A stretch of 64,000 nucleotides of DNA from Leptolyngbyaceae cyanobacterium (GTDB taxonomy: Bacteria; Cyanobacteriota; Cyanobacteriia; Phormidesmidales; Phormidesmidaceae), in assembly GCA_965263355.1 (NCBI GenBank), contig CBDHHL010000029.1, forward strand, positions 10,442 through 74,441, written 5' to 3'. Both the position numbers and the translations under genes were made by a program. The notes beneath the pieces are model-generated. The model was not told the DNA's origin. It searched no databases and was given only the letters and a program-made list of their open reading frames with translations. This document shows positions 20,078-30,222 of the stretch, in pieces. The stretch's first letter is position 1. Every line of letters starts with the position of its first letter.

Positions 20078-21289
20078 TTAGACTTTTTGAGCGCTGTACT
20101 TAGCTAATGTGTGCTGATCAACGCCGACAGGCATCCAAGCCCCATCGATAAAGCAGATGCGAGAATGACCCGCTAAATCTGCAGAGACGGGCGGCATTGT
20201 AATTCCCTTGAAGTTTCTGGCAACTTGTTCATAAAGTCCTTTGTCAAACGTAAAGGTTTGCCCTTTCCATTCGATAGAATCTGTAGGCGATACGGAGACG
20301 TAACAAAGGTTTAATTTCTTCACTGCCTTAGCATCGTCTACCAGGGTCGTTGCCGTGAACTCTGGCGCAAGCGTCCAAATAGCCCGTTGTCTTTTTGCGC
20401 CTGCACTGGTTAAAGTTGCAATTTTATCAGCGACAACATGCATCAACTGATCTAGTGTCTCTGAATAAATATTACTAACTGAACCCGTGTAAGCCAGTTC
20501 GTCAAATATTAATAAGCTGTTCGGTTCCTGAAACCATTCCAGTACTAACGCGATCGCATCCTGAATTTTATTGACGGCAGTGTTGGCATCGACAGAGGAT
20601 AAATCGCAGCGGACAGATTTTGCGTGCTGCCAGTATACGCCGTCTTCCTCTTCGCCATAGCTGCATAGATTTATGTGAAATACTTTAGTTTGCTGCAGCC
20701 GATGTAGCGCAAGCGAAGCACAAGCTGCCAGGTAACTTTTGCCTGTTCGTTGCCCTCCAAAGATAGCTCTAGAGATGAATGGCGATTTTAATAATGTTAA
20801 AAATGCGGTTGGCTTCGTCCTTTCAACCGGTTTAGCTGCGGGTTCGGCTTGAATCTTAGGCAGTGCCATAACTCCTTTGACTGATAATTCAGCTAATTTA
20901 GCCTCAGCTTTTGTCGCGGCTGCTGACTCGGCAACGGGTCGCATTGCCTCTAATTCACTTGCAGTAATTAACTGTTGCTGTTGAACTTCAGCGTCTAAAA
21001 TTACAGCCTGAGTCGCCAGTCTGATTTCTTCGAACTCTTCAGCCTTACCAACCAGAAAAAATGCCCATATTGCCATACCAAACCCAGCGGCAGAGGCAAT
21101 AATCTTTAGCCAACCATAGCTAGGGCTAACGTCAATAACTTGTTTATTAGTCGATTGAGCAACAGTCCATGAACTGACTTGCTGTCCATCTTGCAGGGTA
21201 TACGTGGGTTCTAGCTGCCCTACACCTGCTAAAAGAGTGAGGCTAACCGACGCGGCTCCAACGATTGCAGCTTTAATCCTTCCGTCCAT
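20078..21289 (-). CDS. Membrane-anchored P-loop NTPase
   Basis: Two N-terminal hydrophobic segments, coiled coil, Walker A GGQRTGKS, Walker B LLIFDE. Confidence 0.75.
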   Translation of the reverse strand: MDGRIKAAIVGAASVSLTLLAGVGQLEPTYTLQDGQQVSSWTVAQSTNKQVIDVSPSYGWLKIIASAAGFGMAIWAFFLVGKAEEFEEIRLATQAVILDAEVQQQQLITASELEAMRPVAESAAATKAEAKLAELSVKGVMALPKIQAEPAAKPVERTKPTAFLTLLKSPFISRAIFGGQRTGKSYLAACASLALHRLQQTKVFHINLCSYGEEEDGVYWQHAKSVRCDLSSVDANTAVNKIQDAIALVLEWFQEPNSLLIFDELAYTGSVSNIYSETLDQLMHVVADKIATLTSAGAKRQRAIWTLAPEFTATTLVDDAKAVKKLNLCYVSVSPTDSIEWKGQTFTFDKGLYEQVARNFKGITMPPVSADLAGHSRICFIDGAWMPVGVDQHTLAKYSAQKV

Positions 21290-21683
21290 TGCTCCGGCCC
21301 TCGCTCAAAAATACAAATGCTCCAATAATTCCGATAACTCCAATTGCTACCCAGTGCTTAAGCCCGACTAACTGCAATATCTCAGCCGCATCCCAAGCCC
21401 CTAATGCAATCCCTGACAATTTAGCCAAGCCCGCCAACGTAATAGATAATCGTTGATCACCTGGCGTTAGTGCTGCCCATGCCAATAACGCGATCGCGCT
21501 AGCTCCCATAGCGATACCAATCACAGGGGCAATAGGCGGCATAGTCCTAGCCAGCTGTGTCAAAAGACAACTAAGTGATGCCGTCCCTACATAAAGGCAC
21601 GCACGACGGGATCGGCCCCATACACTTAACTGTGTTGCCTGTAATGGCGGTTGTGCGTTGAATAATTGTTGTTGTAAATCCAT
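21273..21683 (-). CDS. Multi-pass membrane protein
   Basis: About four hydrophobic helices; coupled to the ATPase. Confidence 0.6.
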   Translation of the reverse strand: MDLQQQLFNAQPPLQATQLSVWGRSRRACLYVGTASLSCLLTQLARTMPPIAPVIGIAMGASAIALLAWAALTPGDQRLSITLAGLAKLSGIALGAWDAAEILQLVGLKHWVAIGVIGIIGAFVFLSEGRSNGRKD

Positions 21684-22135
21684 TAGCTAAATAATCTCCT
21701 CAATCCTTTTTGTTTCCCGCCCTGCAGCCGCTTGTGATGTTTTCTGCCTAGCTCAATTAAGAGTCGCTGACGCTTTGTCTGTTCAACTTCAACATCACTA
21801 GCCGCTTTAGCTTGGGATAGCTGCTTAACAGTTTCTGCCTTGGCCTCCATAGTGGTCATATGCCCTTGGTGGCCTAGGCTAGACTTCAGCATTTGTAATT
21901 TTTGTTTGTCAATTTCTCTGAGTTGCTCGTCAGCTGTTTTATATAGATCAGCTTGAGTTTTAACCGTCTTAGAGATAGACCTGAGCTTAGATTTAACAGC
22001 CCTAGCGTAAACGGTGGCATACTGAGCCTGTACTTTTGCTAGCTCAGCAGACTGAGCCATTGCCGTTACATCTTCGGGCTTTACGTTAGTTAGGTCCGTA
22101 ATGACGCCAAGTTGCTGAAGTCTCTGGTCTAGCAT
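21683..22135 (-). CDS. Basic coiled-coil protein
   Basis: Lys/Gln-rich heptads; amphipathic C-terminus GLRRLFS. Confidence 0.6.
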   Translation of the reverse strand: MLDQRLQQLGVITDLTNVKPEDVTAMAQSAELAKVQAQYATVYARAVKSKLRSISKTVKTQADLYKTADEQLREIDKQKLQMLKSSLGHQGHMTTMEAKAETVKQLSQAKAASDVEVEQTKRQRLLIELGRKHHKRLQGGKQKGLRRLFS

Positions 22136-22185
22136 ACACTTAATTAATACTGAATTTAGCTTAGTTTAGCTCAATTGATACTCGC

Positions 22186-22401
22186 ATGGGAACGAATGAA
22201 TCTGACAAGACACTGCGCATCCAGGGGATAATCGAGCCAGGAATGGCCGCTGCTATTCGTTCCTATATGGCATTGGCTGGGATTGACTCTCCGACTGCAG
22301 CAGCGATCACGTTGCTCAGGAATTATCTGTATAGCCCTGAGTATCAAAAGTTCTTGGACAATGTCGCGTCGCACCCAAGGCAGAAAAGTTACGAAGATTA
22401 A
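22186..22401 (+). CDS. Small RHH-like regulator
   Basis: Strand-helix-helix pattern; divergent from the ATPase operon. Confidence 0.4.
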   Translation: MGTNESDKTLRIQGIIEPGMAAAIRSYMALAGIDSPTAAAITLLRNYLYSPEYQKFLDNVASHPRQKSYED

Positions 22402-22709
22402 CCCACCCGGACTGACATCACAGAGGTAGCCTTGTAGGCTGGCCTTTTTCATCCCAATAAAAAACGAGGACCCCGCAGAGTCCCCGTCACCGAAGCTTAT
22501 TTGTTTACTCTATCAAGTCGAACCCTTCTCCTGCTGCACAGGCTTGATCTGCGCAAACTCTGCTATTCGTCGGATCTGCCATTCAGACATGTTGGTCCGT
22601 GCGGCTACCTCTGCAGCCTGTTCTTTGCTTAATGCCATTTTCTTGAATTCCTTAGGGTTTACAGGCCGACCACCGAAGTGGGGTGATCGGCTATGGATGT
22701 GGATTGTGA

Positions 22710-22907
22710 TTAGCCGTTGTAGAAGGCTAGTGCTGCGTGCATCTCAGGGGTACGCAGCTGCGGAGTAGCTAGTAACTCATCCAGCGTGGTCCCCACATCA
22801 GTCAAAAAGGACTCTACGCTTGCCTTCGGGATGCGATAGCTTTGGTCGGTGGTTTGGCAGTCGGCATACAACTGACCAAAGGTAGTGTTTATAGTGAATG
22901 TGATCAT
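22710..22907 (-). CDS. Hypothetical protein
   Basis: GGAGG RBS after the upstream stop. Confidence 0.45.
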   Translation of the reverse strand: MITFTINTTFGQLYADCQTTDQSYRIPKASVESFLTDVGTTLDELLATPQLRTPEMHAALAFYNG

Positions 22908-22920
22908 TTGGTGCCCCTCC

Positions 22921-23424
22921 CTACGCTGCGATCGCTTGACGACGAACAGGCTTGCGAGTCCAGCGGATGCATAGCCTACCTGTGTACTTGTCGGGGAATA
23001 GCTCCACTACAGAGCCCTTAACCAGGTTGCGGGCAAAGCTGACAGGGGCTAGCACCTCATACACTTCATCGTCCACTTGCACAGTGACAGTGACCTCGTT
23101 GTGGCTGCCAGACACACGCCAAGACGTGCGACGGTGGACGTAGGCAGGCTTAGCGTCGTCTGCAATGTGGCTTACAGTAGCGACACTTGGCTTAGGTGCG
23201 TTGTCCTGGCGAGCAGCTTCTTTGCAGTGCTCAAGTGAGCCTACAGCGCTCACAGACTGGCCGTAGCCGTTGTACTCCCAGCGATAAGCAGTCAGGTTGT
23301 AAGCGATGGTACCGACGTTCTGTCCGTCGCTATAAACGAGAAATTGGCCTTTAGACTCACGGAATTCTAGTGCGCTTTGGGTTAGAGTTTGCATAGTTCG
23401 AATTGCTATTGGTTTGAGCTGCAA
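22921..23424 (-). CDS. Hypothetical early protein
   Basis: 167-aa ORF; true start may be MQTLTQ at about 23394. Confidence 0.5.
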   Translation of the reverse strand: MQLKPIAIRTMQTLTQSALEFRESKGQFLVYSDGQNVGTIAYNLTAYRWEYNGYGQSVSAVGSLEHCKEAARQDNAPKPSVATVSHIADDAKPAYVHRRTSWRVSGSHNEVTVTVQVDDEVYEVLAPVSFARNLVKGSVVELFPDKYTGRLCIRWTRKPVRRQAIAA

Positions 23425-23467
23425 GCCCTGGTGTAGTTGGTAGCTCCCCAGGGCTTTGTTATGGAAT

Positions 23468-23722
23468 TTAGTGCTGCTGCTGATTGAATGCGTAGGACTG
23501 AATCAGCTGCATTCGGTCGGTTAGCAAGTCTTGGTACTGCTCAGGGGTATTGCCATCTAGGGTCACCTGCAAGCGAGCGTTGGACAGCAGGTGTAGTCGC
23601 TTGGTGGTTACTGTGCGGCCACGCTGGTAGTCAGCGGCGGTGTTTTCCAAGGATTTTTGTAACTGAGAAAGGTTGATCATGTGGCTCCGGTGGTGTTTGC
23701 TTGCTTGACTTAATAGTATCAA
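23468..23722 (-). CDS. Hypothetical protein
   Basis: First gene after the 23713-23741 promoter; true start probably MINLSQ. Confidence 0.45.
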   Translation of the reverse strand: MILLSQASKHHRSHMINLSQLQKSLENTAADYQRGRTVTTKRLHLLSNARLQVTLDGNTPEQYQDLLTDRMQLIQSYAFNQQQH

Positions 23723-23741
23723 GCCTACAGTCGACTGTCAA
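23713..23741 (-). promoter_or_regulatory. Sigma70 promoter with overlapping palindromic operator
   Basis: TTGACA-17-TACTAT; perfect palindrome ACAGTCGACTGT at 23727-23738. Confidence 0.65.
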
Positions 23742-23822
23742 CAGTTGTGCGTAGCTTTTATTTAGGCTATAGTAGGTTGTAACGGGTTTACCGTTGGCAG
23801 TAAACACACGAAAATACAGGCA

Positions 23823-24104
23823 ATGACGACAACATTGGTTATTGAAATGCCTAAGCGTGTGATCGATATTTCTGAGTACTGGCCAAAAGATGAAAACGGG
23901 GCTGAGTACACAGTCAATAAAGTTTGGACAGACAGTGATCTAAACCCTGAAAAGATCGGTCGCTATACGCTTCAGAAGGCAAAGGCAGGTGAGTTAGGTG
24001 GTGGAGAAATCGGCACTCTCTATGATCTCGTGGCAGCTTGCTCTAGATGGAGTAACAGAGTTTTGGAGTTGAAAGATCTTATAAAAGAGGTCCCTAATGA
24101 ATGA
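23823..24104 (+). CDS. Small HTH-like regulator
   Basis: Xre-like layout (IGRYTLQKAK...TLYDLV...LKDLI); divergent from the promoter above. Confidence 0.4.
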   Translation: MTTTLVIEMPKRVIDISEYWPKDENGAEYTVNKVWTDSDLNPEKIGRYTLQKAKAGELGGGEIGTLYDLVAACSRWSNRVLELKDLIKEVPNE

Positions 24105-24927
24105 AAACACTTTGACCGTACAGGTTCGTCAAGCTATCGAATCAGAAAGCCTCGTGGAATTTATTAGAGAAAACCTGGAGGGCGAGAATTTAAGCATTAA
24201 AGGCGTTGCTGCCCTATGTGGTGTCGCTGACACTTCTATTATTAGGGGCGCTGCCTTTAATGCTGTTGCATTGGCTAAAAAGCTTGAGGCTAAAGGGTTT
24301 GAAGCCGCTGCTTTAGTCGAAGAGGGATTCGACCCTGTTGCTACGTGGCTAACGATAGATTACTTTGCCAATGAATCGAAGGCTAAAGCTGTCTTTGCTA
24401 AAGCAATCGCTAATACGTTTGGCGCATTTGGGGTAAAGACAGCTTTCAATCAAATTTCAGGCGAGAAGTTTGATAAACGCATCCAGCCAGAAGAGCCTAA
24501 GCTGATTGCTGGTTTTGTTGATGCAGGGATGGCGCTAGGTATGATGTTCGGCCCTGCATATGGGGAGAGTTTTACGTTGATAAACATCAAAAAACATTGC
24601 CCCAGTGTGGCCCTCCCCGAAGTTCCCGCCAAAGACCGCTCCTCTCTGAAATCTGCTGAAGCGCTGATGACGCCCACTGAAATAGCTGAGGTGCTTGGAT
24701 TGGCCTATAAAAGCAGTGGCAAACCTAATCCTAGGGCTGTCAACAGCATGCTCGATACATTGGGCTATCAGGAAAAGATTGAAGGCAAATGGTCTGCCAC
24801 AGAGAAGGGTGAACCCTTTAGCGAGCGCAAGCCAGTGTCAACTAACAGCAAGTCTGACAAAGACCAACTGTTTTGGTATGCCAGCATTATTGAGGAACTA
24901 CGTGGTGGTATGGAGGTAGCGGCGTGA
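24097..24927 (+). CDS. Phage antirepressor-like protein (KilA-C/ANT-type C-terminus)
   Basis: MTPTEIAEVLG...AVNSMLDTLGYQ...W..TEKG...QLFW. Confidence 0.7.
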   Translation: MNENTLTVQVRQAIESESLVEFIRENLEGENLSIKGVAALCGVADTSIIRGAAFNAVALAKKLEAKGFEAAALVEEGFDPVATWLTIDYFANESKAKAVFAKAIANTFGAFGVKTAFNQISGEKFDKRIQPEEPKLIAGFVDAGMALGMMFGPAYGESFTLINIKKHCPSVALPEVPAKDRSSLKSAEALMTPTEIAEVLGLAYKSSGKPNPRAVNSMLDTLGYQEKIEGKWSATEKGEPFSERKPVSTNSKSDKDQLFWYASIIEELRGGMEVAA

Positions 24928-25925
24928 GTGGTGACAACGAAAAGCCATGGATACAAATACCTGATTCCATATTTCAAGACGCTAAAAGTTTTGAACGTTC
25001 CGAGCCCCCATATGCTGGGGGCTCGGAAAACTTAGTGTCAGCAGGGCGATTTAAAAGAATAAATTTCAATAGCTTTCAGTTCCCTGAAATTTTTGAAAGA
25101 CGCTACAAAATGCCCAAAGGATTCCCTGATTTTTCAAAGCTTTTGGGATGGAAGCATACTAAGCTCCTTTACATTGCAGGAGAGCATTTGGAAAGAGCTA
25201 GAGCCGCAGGGTATGACCGCGCAGATGATCGCGGCTGTTTTGAGGTTTATGAAAGGGATGACGTGTGGGACAGCAAGCTACTTGAGGATTGGCAGGCTGA
25301 TATCGCAAGAGCCCTTTTTTATTGCCTTCACTGCAATCCGCCAGTTTTTTGCCTTGATCTACATCTGCTTAACAAATTCCAAAAAACAAATCCAACTTTT
25401 TTGCAAGAGTCGCCTTTCCCTAGTTTTGCCTTATGCATGAAAGGTCCAGGATTAGGGAACGACTCTATTGTTTTTGCATCATGCCACGGAGAATACATGG
25501 TCTGTGGCTGGGTGATTATTACGGGCAGCGAGCCACCCCAATCCAATACGTGGAAGATTGGCTTTGGGGAGAAGCCTTGTCAAGAAGATTTAATGAATAA
25601 CATGATATGCCACACCATTGCCTATATGAATACTTACAAAGATTCAGTAGAGGCAATGGAGTCCGTCATCCAATCAAGCAAAGGCATAGGCTTTAGCAGC
25701 AAAGCTAAAAGTAAGCCCACGGAGTTCGTCAGACCTAGGATGATTAGCTCCACCCAGCGCGTCGTAGTGCGTCACAAACCCAGAAGCACTACGACAGATC
25801 GCGACTCTCCGTCAGCTCACTGGCGACGCGGGCACTGGCATAAATATTGGACAGGAAAGGGGCGAAAAGAAGAGAAGTTTAATTGGATTGAGCCAATATT
25901 AGTAGGAGCTGGCGACGATGAATAG
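24924..25925 (+). CDS. Phage hypothetical protein with C-terminal PxxHWRRGHW...WIxP motif
   Basis: Motif seen directly; function unknown. Confidence 0.65.
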   Translation: MSGDNEKPWIQIPDSIFQDAKSFERSEPPYAGGSENLVSAGRFKRINFNSFQFPEIFERRYKMPKGFPDFSKLLGWKHTKLLYIAGEHLERARAAGYDRADDRGCFEVYERDDVWDSKLLEDWQADIARALFYCLHCNPPVFCLDLHLLNKFQKTNPTFLQESPFPSFALCMKGPGLGNDSIVFASCHGEYMVCGWVIITGSEPPQSNTWKIGFGEKPCQEDLMNNMICHTIAYMNTYKDSVEAMESVIQSSKGIGFSSKAKSKPTEFVRPRMISSTQRVVVRHKPRSTTTDRDSPSAHWRRGHWHKYWTGKGRKEEKFNWIEPILVGAGDDE

Positions 25926-26067
25926 CGGTGATATCGAGTCTTTGAAGGTTAATTTTGAAGCGCTAAAGCAGTCTTTGTCCAAAAAGTTTGAAGACGACTT
26001 TGATGAGGACTTGTGGTTACAAAGGCTGACTGAAACCATTGATTGCATTTTAGCAAGAGTATAAACC

Positions 26068-26439
26068 ATGCCCCACATACTGCACGAATTAAGCATTGAA
26101 TCGACTCAGTTCTCAACCGAGCTAGAGATCGTGTTGCGTCAAAGCAACAGCTGCCTAACAATCAGCGCCAGCTCAACCCAAAGGGGACTTGCCTGGGCGT
26201 TTGCGTCTTGTTTAAGCGAGCTGATTGGGACTGAGGTAGAGGTCCATGTCACTGAAACCCAGGTTTCAATTGGCGAATGTCTGCTGCCTGGGGATGTGCT
26301 TAGTGAGTTGACGACGTTTGAAGAGGCTAAGACAAATGACACATTGTTTGAAAAAATCCGGCGTGTTTCAAAAACACTTATCCCAGGAGAAAGCGAGTGC
26401 GAAGAGGTTATTGTGTCGATGATTGATAGAAATGATTAG
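26068..26439 (+). CDS. Hypothetical acidic protein
   Basis: ORF in + strand early cluster. Confidence 0.5.
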   Translation: MPHILHELSIESTQFSTELEIVLRQSNSCLTISASSTQRGLAWAFASCLSELIGTEVEVHVTETQVSIGECLLPGDVLSELTTFEEAKTNDTLFEKIRRVSKTLIPGESECEEVIVSMIDRND

Positions 26440-26558
26440 AAAAATATTGTGCGCCATTGGCTGGCATAAATGGACTTGGCTGCTGTCTGAAGTCGGTTAT
26501 ATAGATCTGGATGGGCCACCTCCAGACTGCGCAAAGTGTAAATATTGTGGCGTGAGGT

Positions 26559-27056
26559 ATGGGAAAGATGAGCCTAGCTGAAGCTATAAGGGAACGAATC
26601 GACTACGCGCAAGGCAAAATCACTTCATGGTCATTTACCAAGGAATATATTAATCGAAGTGAAGTTCCTCATGAAATCCTTGTCAAGCTAAACAGCGGCA
26701 AGACTCATGCCAAAAGTACAGAAAGTCATATCTCTTGGTATGAGCAGGATAACGAAGGAAAGATTTTTAAGTGGATCGAGGTTAGGGGCGTTATTTGCCC
26801 AAATCTAGAAAAGTGGTCCGGTAAAGTGCCAAAAATGTCTGACAGACGGCAAGGCGTCCCAGTGATTCAAGGCTATTGGATCAGGCAAACTGAATGTCGC
26901 AAGTGTGAGTTTTACAAAACACGAAAACAATCAAGCCTAAAATTTCCGACCTGTGATTGGGCCAAAAAAGATAGATGCGGCGATGAAAGCCCTAGTGTAG
27001 TTGCCCGAAAAAATCTTAAAAAAGATGTATTGGAAGTAATGAAATTCATCTCATGA
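26559..27056 (+). CDS. Hypothetical protein with CxxC motif
   Basis: CRKC plus two further Cys. Confidence 0.5.
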   Translation: MGKMSLAEAIRERIDYAQGKITSWSFTKEYINRSEVPHEILVKLNSGKTHAKSTESHISWYEQDNEGKIFKWIEVRGVICPNLEKWSGKVPKMSDRRQGVPVIQGYWIRQTECRKCEFYKTRKQSSLKFPTCDWAKKDRCGDESPSVVARKNLKKDVLEVMKFIS

Positions 27057-27316
27057 ATGAAGACGACCTGAAGCAACTTATTTACCATCTCTGCGATGTA
27101 ACTATGCGGCAGTATAGTTGCCGACTTGAAGCGCTGGCCAAAGATGACGATGCAGATTGCAGAAAGCATCTATCTGAGCAGTTCCCCATAATTCAGGGAA
27201 CGAAGCTGCAGCAAACGCTTAGAAAGCTTGGCAACCGTGCGTCAAACAAAGAAGCTGCGAATCGCGCGATCGCGCGACTGACTGAGGAAGCCTCCATGCA
27301 GGAGTTGGCCGAATGA
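27053..27316 (+). CDS. Hypothetical protein
   Basis: ATGA-coupled. Confidence 0.5.
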   Translation: MNEDDLKQLIYHLCDVTMRQYSCRLEALAKDDDADCRKHLSEQFPIIQGTKLQQTLRKLGNRASNKEAANRAIARLTEEASMQELAE

Positions 27317-27449
27317 CCAAGCTATCTGACGCTGAATACGAACAATGGGGGCAGCACATCTGCCCTTGCCTTAATCCATACTGTGAGCCTAAGCAGCGGG
27401 CATTGTGCATCAGTCGAGCCTATCCGCAGCATAAGGCCAGTGTGCGGGC

Positions 27450-27878
27450 GTGGTTGAAAGAAAAAATAAGAAAATGACCAAAACCAAAGCATTTAGAAAA
27501 ATGGCTCGCGAGCACTTAAAAAGCGAGTCGGCAAAATACCCCAAAAACGGGCTGGTTGAAATCCCTAAAGAAAAGTGGCCAACAACCAAGGGCAAGCCAC
27601 CCTTTAGAGTGCTAAGAGGTCGCAAGTTCTTTGTTCAGCTTTACCTGGAGCCCAATGGCGTTGTTAGAATTAGCGTTACCAAGGCTGAGCTAGGCATGGG
27701 CCGCACGTTTGCTGACGGGATTTCTTGGGATGAATTGCAGGAGATTAAGCGTTGGTGTGGTTATGGGGATTTGATGGCCGTAGAAATATATCCAGCTGAC
27801 TGCAACATCGTGAACGACGCGAATATGCGCCATCTATGGGTATTGAATGAGCCTATACCTGTTGGATGGGTGTTGTAG
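27450..27878 (+). CDS. Conserved phage hypothetical protein
   Basis: ISWDELQEIK..G.....AVEIYP....VN.ANMRHLW motif. Confidence 0.65.
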   Translation: MVERKNKKMTKTKAFRKMAREHLKSESAKYPKNGLVEIPKEKWPTTKGKPPFRVLRGRKFFVQLYLEPNGVVRISVTKAELGMGRTFADGISWDELQEIKRWCGYGDLMAVEIYPADCNIVNDANMRHLWVLNEPIPVGWVL

Positions 27879-28197
27879 CACGTAATTCGCTACCATAGAC
27901 CTGTAGCACTTGGAGCAACATCATGATCGTAATCGGCGGCATTGCAGGCGACACTGGCCTTATTGGTGGGGATACTGGTTATTTGGGTGGGAGCACAGCA
28001 GGCTAATCAAATGACCATCAAATAGCCAAGACCTTACACATGGCCAGATTCGGCATCTCTCCGTAATTCATTACGGTACCACCCAAAACAAAAACTCAAC
28101 CCCAATAAGCCCGCTGCCAGCCCTAGGCGTCTGATATCGCGAAAGCAGCGGGCATGGCCATTGTAGCGGAGATTCCTCAGACATAGAAAGGGAGGTC

Positions 28198-28677
28198 GTG
28201 AGAAGATTAACCTGTAAACCACTCCCTAAACAAGCAATGAATGACATTGAATCAAGGCTAGCTTCTCCTGAGATATTGGAGGAGTATTATGACTCTAAAA
28301 CAGACGATCAGCTCTCGGCACTTAATCTGCTTTGGTTGGCAGAAGTTACATGTGAATTGCCTAAAATCTTGTACAAAGACGACGATCCAATCCTGATGCA
28401 GACTCTAAGCATGAATGACACGTTTGGGTGGGCACTGGCGATGAGTGAATACGTTCCTGACGAGGATTTGCATGAGGTCGCCAGACTTTATAAGCAGTAC
28501 GGGCAAGGTGGGCTTATCTATTGGGTTAGTGAACGCAACAATCAAATGCGTAGCGAATTTCCTGCAATAAACCGACAGATAGAGTTCGTCAGGCAGGAAG
28601 AGATTTTGCGGTCTGAAGCCCCAGATTTATCCCAATGGGCTTATAGAAAATTTTCGTACTCGATTGGTGAGCAATGA
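28198..28677 (+). CDS. Hypothetical protein
   Basis: GGAGG RBS; last + strand gene before the convergent terminator. Confidence 0.55.
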   Translation: MRRLTCKPLPKQAMNDIESRLASPEILEEYYDSKTDDQLSALNLLWLAEVTCELPKILYKDDDPILMQTLSMNDTFGWALAMSEYVPDEDLHEVARLYKQYGQGGLIYWVSERNNQMRSEFPAINRQIEFVRQEEILRSEAPDLSQWAYRKFSYSIGEQ

Positions 28678-28715
28678 GCGCTTAGCCTGACGACGAACTA
28701 TATCAATAGTCCAAC

Positions 28716-28743
28716 AAAAAACGCAGCCTCGAAAGACTGCGTT
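28716..28743 (-). terminator. Intrinsic terminator with UUCG loop
   Basis: On -: AACGCAGTCT-TTCG-AGGCTGCGTT followed by T-run. Confidence 0.75.
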
Positions 28744-28768
28744 ATCTATCCATCAGGTTGGCTTTATT

Positions 28769-28951
28769 CTAGCTTGGGGTTCCTGATGCGATGGCTATTA
28801 CCAGGGCCAAAACGGTCCTCCCAGCTTTAGCCTTAATTAAGCTGTCGGGAGTTTTGCCCTCTAGTTCTCGGTGTGGGGTTTTGAGCCACTTTTCGGCCCC
28901 ATCGTCGCTGTATCCGTAGCTAATCAGAAGGCTTTTTATTTTTTGTCTCAT
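28769..28951 (-). CDS. Stand-alone Xre/MbcA/ParS antitoxin C-terminal (DUF2384-like) domain
   Basis: AEKWLKTPHRELEGKTPDSLI...GRTVLALV...G fits the WLxxPxxxLxGxxP pattern. Confidence 0.7.
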   Translation of the reverse strand: MRQKIKSLLISYGYSDDGAEKWLKTPHRELEGKTPDSLIKAKAGRTVLALVIAIASGTPS

Positions 28952-30222
28952 ACTGTCTCCAAACTCGCAAACTGAAAATTAAGCATCGAGCCGTTGGCGA
29001 ATCTCACTCTGGCTGTTGTCAGGCCAACGCTAATAACAGTACCTGTCTGACCTGCGTACCGGGCTTGACACCGAGTTAACCTTGTAGCGTCAGAGTCTAT
29101 AGTCACTGTGTCGCCTGGGCTCATCGACTTGCCCCTCCTAGCGCACATTCTCCGCAGGGTTCGGGCGCTTGGTCGTCGTCTGTAGGCCAGAATTCAGCCC
29201 TAGGGCAAGACCGCGCACTGCAGAGCACGTCATCACTTGGCAATCCTTGCCGGGTTTCAGCGCCCGCTGGGGTTGCAGCAGTTAGTAGTAGCATGGTCAC
29301 GCATAATAGTCGTATCATCGATTTATCCTTCCTTTGTGGTGGGTGCCCGGTGGAGAGTTGGTAGCTGGCCACCGGGATGAACTTAAACTTTTTCTATCGT
29401 CGAGTTTGGATAATCGGCTTTAGCTTCTCGAAAAGCTTGGCCGATATTTTCGTGTGAATATTTCACAACCAATCCGTCAATCAGAAAGCTGTACGTTGTT
29501 GTCTGTTGTCTTGCTTGGGTCATAAGTCTTTCCAAAAAGTTCAAGCAGTAGCGACTCCGAAGAAATCACTTCTGGCTTTGCCTCCGCATCGACAGCAGCA
29601 CGTTTTAACGCCGACTCGATGCTCCTTCCTTCTAACAAAGAGCTGAGTAGTTCCATTAAATAAACTTCCCCGTCCCCTCTTTGGACCCGCGAGTCCGAGT
29701 TGTCCTCCAACGGCCCTCATATTTGTTAGGGTCGCCGAATGGGAGGGGCTTCGGAGTAGGCAGGGGCTTGGTGATCGATTGCTGAAGAATGCCGATCTGC
29801 CTTAAAGCAACTTCGTCCCACCAGCGGCCATAGAGCAAGGTTTCGCCAGTGGTTCGGTCAAAGTTCAGGTTGATAATGTCACCTGAGCTATTTCGATAGG
29901 GTCGTTGGATGACCCTGGGTGTGTTTTGTTGTTGTTCCATAGTTCAGAATAGTTGTGGATATCAGAATAGTTGTGGATGATCTGCGATCGCTTGCCGGAC
30001 CACTCTGCCGCGTTCTTCTAGTGTGTTTGCTGGCAGTCGAACCAGCGATGCGTATATGTTTATCGATTGGTCCAGTGTCTGTTGGTCCCCAGTTGGGTCT
30101 ATGTTCTGGGCTATAGCCTGGGCCACCTGCTTCTTCCACTGCTCAGGGCTAAGAGTTTTTGCCATGCTTCCCCCGGTGGATTTTAGGCAGCACCACGCTG
30201 CATACCTGAGCCCTGAGCCCAA
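28948..30222 (-). other. Run of small hypothetical early ORFs (28948-29148 KOW/SH3-like, 29121-29372, 29477-29710, 29656-29940, 29962-30222)
   Basis: Co-oriented, overlapping short ORFs; starts uncertain. Confidence 0.45.
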
